A stretch of 64,000 nucleotides of DNA from an uncultured virus (IMG/VR IMGVR_UViG_3300028797_000105) (Duplodnaviria; Heunggongvirae; Uroviricota; Caudoviricetes): the IMG/VR virus record IMGVR_UViG_3300028797_000105. One strand, 5' to 3'. Both the position numbers and the translations under genes were made by a program. The notes under the pieces are model-generated. The model did no database searches and was not told the origin of the DNA. It saw nothing but the letters and a program-made list of their open reading frames with translations. Positions within the stretch are counted from its first letter, which is position 1. Every line of letters begins with the position of its first letter. Shown piece by piece: positions 61,091 through 64,000 of this stretch.

Positions 61091-61615
61091 ATGAAAACGA
61101 AAAATATGCAAATACTAAATTCTGAAAAATACATAAACGAAAAACTTGACATCAAGCCAGTTACAAAGGAACGTCTTGACGATATGAAAAATATGTTTGA
61201 TTCTTATGTTGTAAGACTTTCCCTTTGGTCTAAAAGTTTTATGTGTAAGTTTGGTAACTCCGACTGGGTTGATTTGGTTGAAACAAACCAAGATATATTT
61301 GGCAAAACCGTCAAAGAATTTAAAGGTGACTACGGTGAAATCGTTTGGGATTTGGATGTTAATACTGGGTTGATTAAAGGATGGAACAACGGTGATGTTG
61401 TTGTTGGTTTTAAAGTTGTTGATGGCGGTTCATATACACTTATGAAAGACGGGAAAATTGTTACACGCAAAATGCAAGTTTATGTTCCTAAATTTTTGCA
61501 GATTGATGAAAATGGGTGGGATGATTATATACAAATAACCATCGGTGCTGACGGCTATATAAAAGACTGGGGAGATAAACAAAGGGCACAAGTCTTTGAT
61601 TTTTTTTGGAGTTGA
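61091..61615 (+). CDS. Hypothetical protein with EKLDIKPVTKERL leader tag (likely start 61106)
   Basis: Shared leader; late promoter at 61083. Confidence 0.75.
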   Translation: MKTKNMQILNSEKYINEKLDIKPVTKERLDDMKNMFDSYVVRLSLWSKSFMCKFGNSDWVDLVETNQDIFGKTVKEFKGDYGEIVWDLDVNTGLIKGWNNGDVVVGFKVVDGGSYTLMKDGKIVTRKMQVYVPKFLQIDENGWDDYIQITIGADGYIKDWGDKQRAQVFDFFWS

Positions 61616-61651
61616 AAACAAATAGAACGAAAAATATATCAAATAGGAATT

Positions 61652-62182
61652 ATGAAAATACTCAAATTTAATGAATTTAGCGGTAGAGCCACGAATGAGG
61701 CACTTGCCAAAGATGACGGCAACAGCAATCAGTGGAACACACAACTTATGACATTCATCTGTTACGACATCAATCCGATGAACCAAGACAGCGTTGTTGT
61801 GAAACAAGGTGAAGACAAGAAATACAAGCAAGACCTTGAGAAGAAATTCACGGATGTTCTGAACGCAACTATGCAGAAATGTGAAGGCTACGATAAGAGC
61901 ACGGTAACAAAGTCTGGCGATACTGGTGATAACACGACAGTTTCCAAAATCCAGTCCACTTTTAATTTTTATGAGGCTGACAAGGACGGAAAGAACGCAC
62001 AACAGTTGATTGACAATCTCAATAAAGAGGTTGGTAATATGAAAGGCGTTGCAAGCGTTAGTATCGCACTTGTTTCATTTGGTAAAAACGAAAAGGGCGA
62101 GGAAGTTCCAGCTGCATACGATACTGAAAAGAAACAATGGGAGGAAACCTCACTTGAAATTAAGGACAGAACTATGAAATAA
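61652..62182 (+). CDS. Hypothetical protein with CTS-like leader
   Basis: MKILKFNEFSGRATNE. Confidence 0.7.
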   Translation: MKILKFNEFSGRATNEALAKDDGNSNQWNTQLMTFICYDINPMNQDSVVVKQGEDKKYKQDLEKKFTDVLNATMQKCEGYDKSTVTKSGDTGDNTTVSKIQSTFNFYEADKDGKNAQQLIDNLNKEVGNMKGVASVSIALVSFGKNEKGEEVPAAYDTEKKQWEETSLEIKDRTMK

Positions 62183-62206
62183 TGGCAGTCCAATGTATAG
62201 AAAAAG

Positions 62207-62235
62207 AAAAGGCTCAATTAAATTGAGCCTTTTTT
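62207..62235. terminator. Bidirectional terminator
   Basis: AAAAGGCTCAAT..ATTGAGCCTTTTTT. Confidence 0.8.
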
Positions 62236-62247
62236 GTTTTTCAGATT

Positions 62248-62790
62248 TTAATACCTTATTCCATATTGACCGCCAAGGTCGTATGTTGTTTCACCCCTTG
62301 AAACACCCATATAGTCGTTGAATCGGTAGCCGTAGTTGATGAACGGAACGTCTGGCTTGCTCAAAACCATATTATCCACATTGACATCCTTTGAATATAC
62401 GAGGTTCTTGTCCGAACATTCATTTTGTAAGTCTTTTAGCTTGTTTTTGTCAAGCATATCTTTCGGATTCAGTTTCGGGTTGTAAATGTAGGTTATGTTG
62501 TTGATTAGTACATCTTCAATTTCTATGAAGTCGCAACTGCCGTTATAGTATGACACAAGGACTTTTTTCATACCTTTCATATGCTTTTTGTCGGCATCGG
62601 TTATTGTGTCACGCCATTTCAAATCATTGACATATTGTTTTATGTTGCTTTTGTCGGCCAGACAAATCCAATACTGGTAGTTTTTTTCACTTCCGTTTTT
62701 GGAATATACAACCACCATACCTTCTTCAATAGTGTTGAGGGTTATGGATTCATTTAATTTTGAAAATTCATTATATGACAATACTTTCAT
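62248..62790 (-). CDS. Hypothetical protein with CTS-like leader
   Basis: MKVLSYNEFSKLNE. Confidence 0.7.
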   Translation of the reverse strand: MKVLSYNEFSKLNESITLNTIEEGMVVVYSKNGSEKNYQYWICLADKSNIKQYVNDLKWRDTITDADKKHMKGMKKVLVSYYNGSCDFIEIEDVLINNITYIYNPKLNPKDMLDKNKLKDLQNECSDKNLVYSKDVNVDNMVLSKPDVPFINYGYRFNDYMGVSRGETTYDLGGQYGIRY

Positions 62791-63191
62791 TATGCGAAAC
62801 GAATGTTTACTGTAATTGTGGAGAGGTCTCCGAACTCGTCTTTGCACATATTGAAGAACTCTCTTGCGCCTTCACACATCTGCTCATCTGTGATGACCTT
62901 GTATTCATCAAGGGTTGTATCCTTGACTTCCATTGTTGATGGCCTCATATCAGCAAGCAGATTAGGCTTAAAGTTTGGCGGCATAACAAGCAGTACAATA
63001 TTTGCTGTGCAATCTGACATAGGCATATCTGATGTTCCAGATATGTCAATACGGCAGGAATTGCCGTCTTTCTTTGCAACCATATAAGCATTGTCGCCTT
63101 TGTGCGTGCTCATATTAAGCATAACTTCACTGATAAGAGATTTGATGTCAATCCCGTACTGTTTTGTAAATTCTTGGAATTTCTGTATCAT
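62790..63191 (-). CDS. Hypothetical protein
   Basis: MIQKFQEF; late promoter at 63213-63220. Confidence 0.65.
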   Translation of the reverse strand: MIQKFQEFTKQYGIDIKSLISEVMLNMSTHKGDNAYMVAKKDGNSCRIDISGTSDMPMSDCTANIVLLVMPPNFKPNLLADMRPSTMEVKDTTLDEYKVITDEQMCEGAREFFNMCKDEFGDLSTITVNIRFA

Positions 63192-63225
63192 TGTTGAATT
63201 ATTTTGTTGTATTATTTATAAAAAC

Positions 63226-63254
63226 AAAAAGAGGCTTTTGTGTGCCTCTTTTTT
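63226..63254 (-). terminator. Terminator after metK
   Basis: AAAAAGAGGC..GCCTCTTTTTT. Confidence 0.75.
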
Positions 63255-63257
63255 AAA

Positions 63258-64000
63258 TTATTTTTCAAATGGTTTGAACTTGTTGCAGACATATTCGTGA
63301 CCGAAATCGTCAGTGTGCGGGTCAAGCGTGTCGCAGCCGTCTGCGCACCCGTTGTTTTTCAAAAACCTACAATTTGCACACCGAAACACATTCCGTAAGG
63401 TATCAACATAGTCAAGTTTTTCCCATCCGAAAAATGTAACTTCCTTTACGGTTTTTCCGCTTGCCTCGTCATACCAAGTGAATGCGTCATTGTAGAGCAC
63501 TTCAACTTCTTTTGTGTATGATGGCCTACCGAAATGTCCATAAGTTGCGGTTTCCTCAAAAATGGGGTTTTTCAGCCCAAACCTTTTTACAATGTCATAC
63601 GGCATTAACGGGAATATCTTGGCCAATTCGTTGGCAAATTCTCCGTCAGTCATATCAAGTTTCAATGTGCCATACGTGTTCACATAAAAACTAACTGGTT
63701 TTGCAATACCTATCGCATAAGAAATTTGCACAAGAATCTTGTCACACAGACCAGCGGCGACAACATTTTTGGCTATGTGCCGTGCTGCGTATGCTGCGGA
63801 ACGGTCAACTTTTGACGAGTCTTTCCCGCTGAACGCACCGCCTCCGTGGGCACAATGACCGCCATAGGTATCAACGACAATCTTTCGGCCAGTAAGCCCA
63901 GTGTCTCCAGCAGGACCACCGATGACAAATCTCCCAGTCGGATTTACGATAAACTTCCAGTCATTCCTATTGAGCAAATCTTGAATGTTTTTTGAACTTT
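63258..64000 (-). CDS. metK: S-adenosylmethionine synthetase, 5' truncated by the window edge
   Basis: [47 protein letters not shown] and YGHFG motifs. Confidence 0.95.
   Translation of the reverse strand, partial: SSKNIQDLLNRNDWKFIVNPTGRFVIGGPAGDTGLTGRKIVVDTYGGHCAHGGGAFSGKDSSKVDRSAAYAARHIAKNVVAAGLCDKILVQISYAIGIAKPVSFYVNTYGTLKLDMTDGEFANELAKIFPLMPYDIVKRFGLKNPIFEETATYGHFGRPSYTKEVEVLYNDAFTWYDEASGKTVKEVTFFGWEKLDYVDTLRNVFRCANCRFLKNNGCADGCDTLDPHTDDFGHEYVCNKFKPFEK

Noticed and set aside
1..64000. Stop-codon reassignment as in some Bacteroidota megaphages
   Set aside because: Long genes are intact in the standard code, and TAG and TGA both end genes at sensible positions (e.g. 23155, 35049, 42441, 10615).
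1..64000. tRNA or rRNA genes
   Set aside because: No cloverleaf or T-loop signatures were seen in the few intergenic gaps.

Overview
A 64-kb, AT-rich, gene-dense segment of a jumbo T4-like (myovirus-type) phage genome in the standard genetic code. The host is probably Bacteroidota, based on TAnnTTTG-type promoters and the absence of obvious Shine-Dalgarno sites. Virion genes include a giant Gln-collagen fibre, gp15-, gp14- and gp5-like proteins, a tape measure protein and a tail sheath. Replication and recombination genes include an RNase H/5'-3' exonuclease, a RuvC-like resolvase, gp46/SbcC and an AEP-PriCT-HTH Rep-like protein. There are two sigma factors (sigma70-like and gp55-like) and auxiliary genes (PhoH, thioredoxin, GroES, IF-1, MetK). 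The main unexplained structures are: (1) three dispersed, transposase-less TnpB cassettes bounded by 22-28 bp terminal inverted repeats, each carrying its own phage late promoter; (2) about 19 unrelated proteins sharing a T4 capsid-targeting-like N-terminal leader, six with an extra conserved KL(D/N)I(K/R)P(V/I)(T/S)K tag; (3) three promoter classes suggesting a sigma cascade, with paired DnaA-box-like sites on the host-type promoters; (4) a G9 tract splitting a late gene. All protein calls come from motif recognition by eye; no database searches were run. No tRNA, rRNA or CRISPR array was seen.
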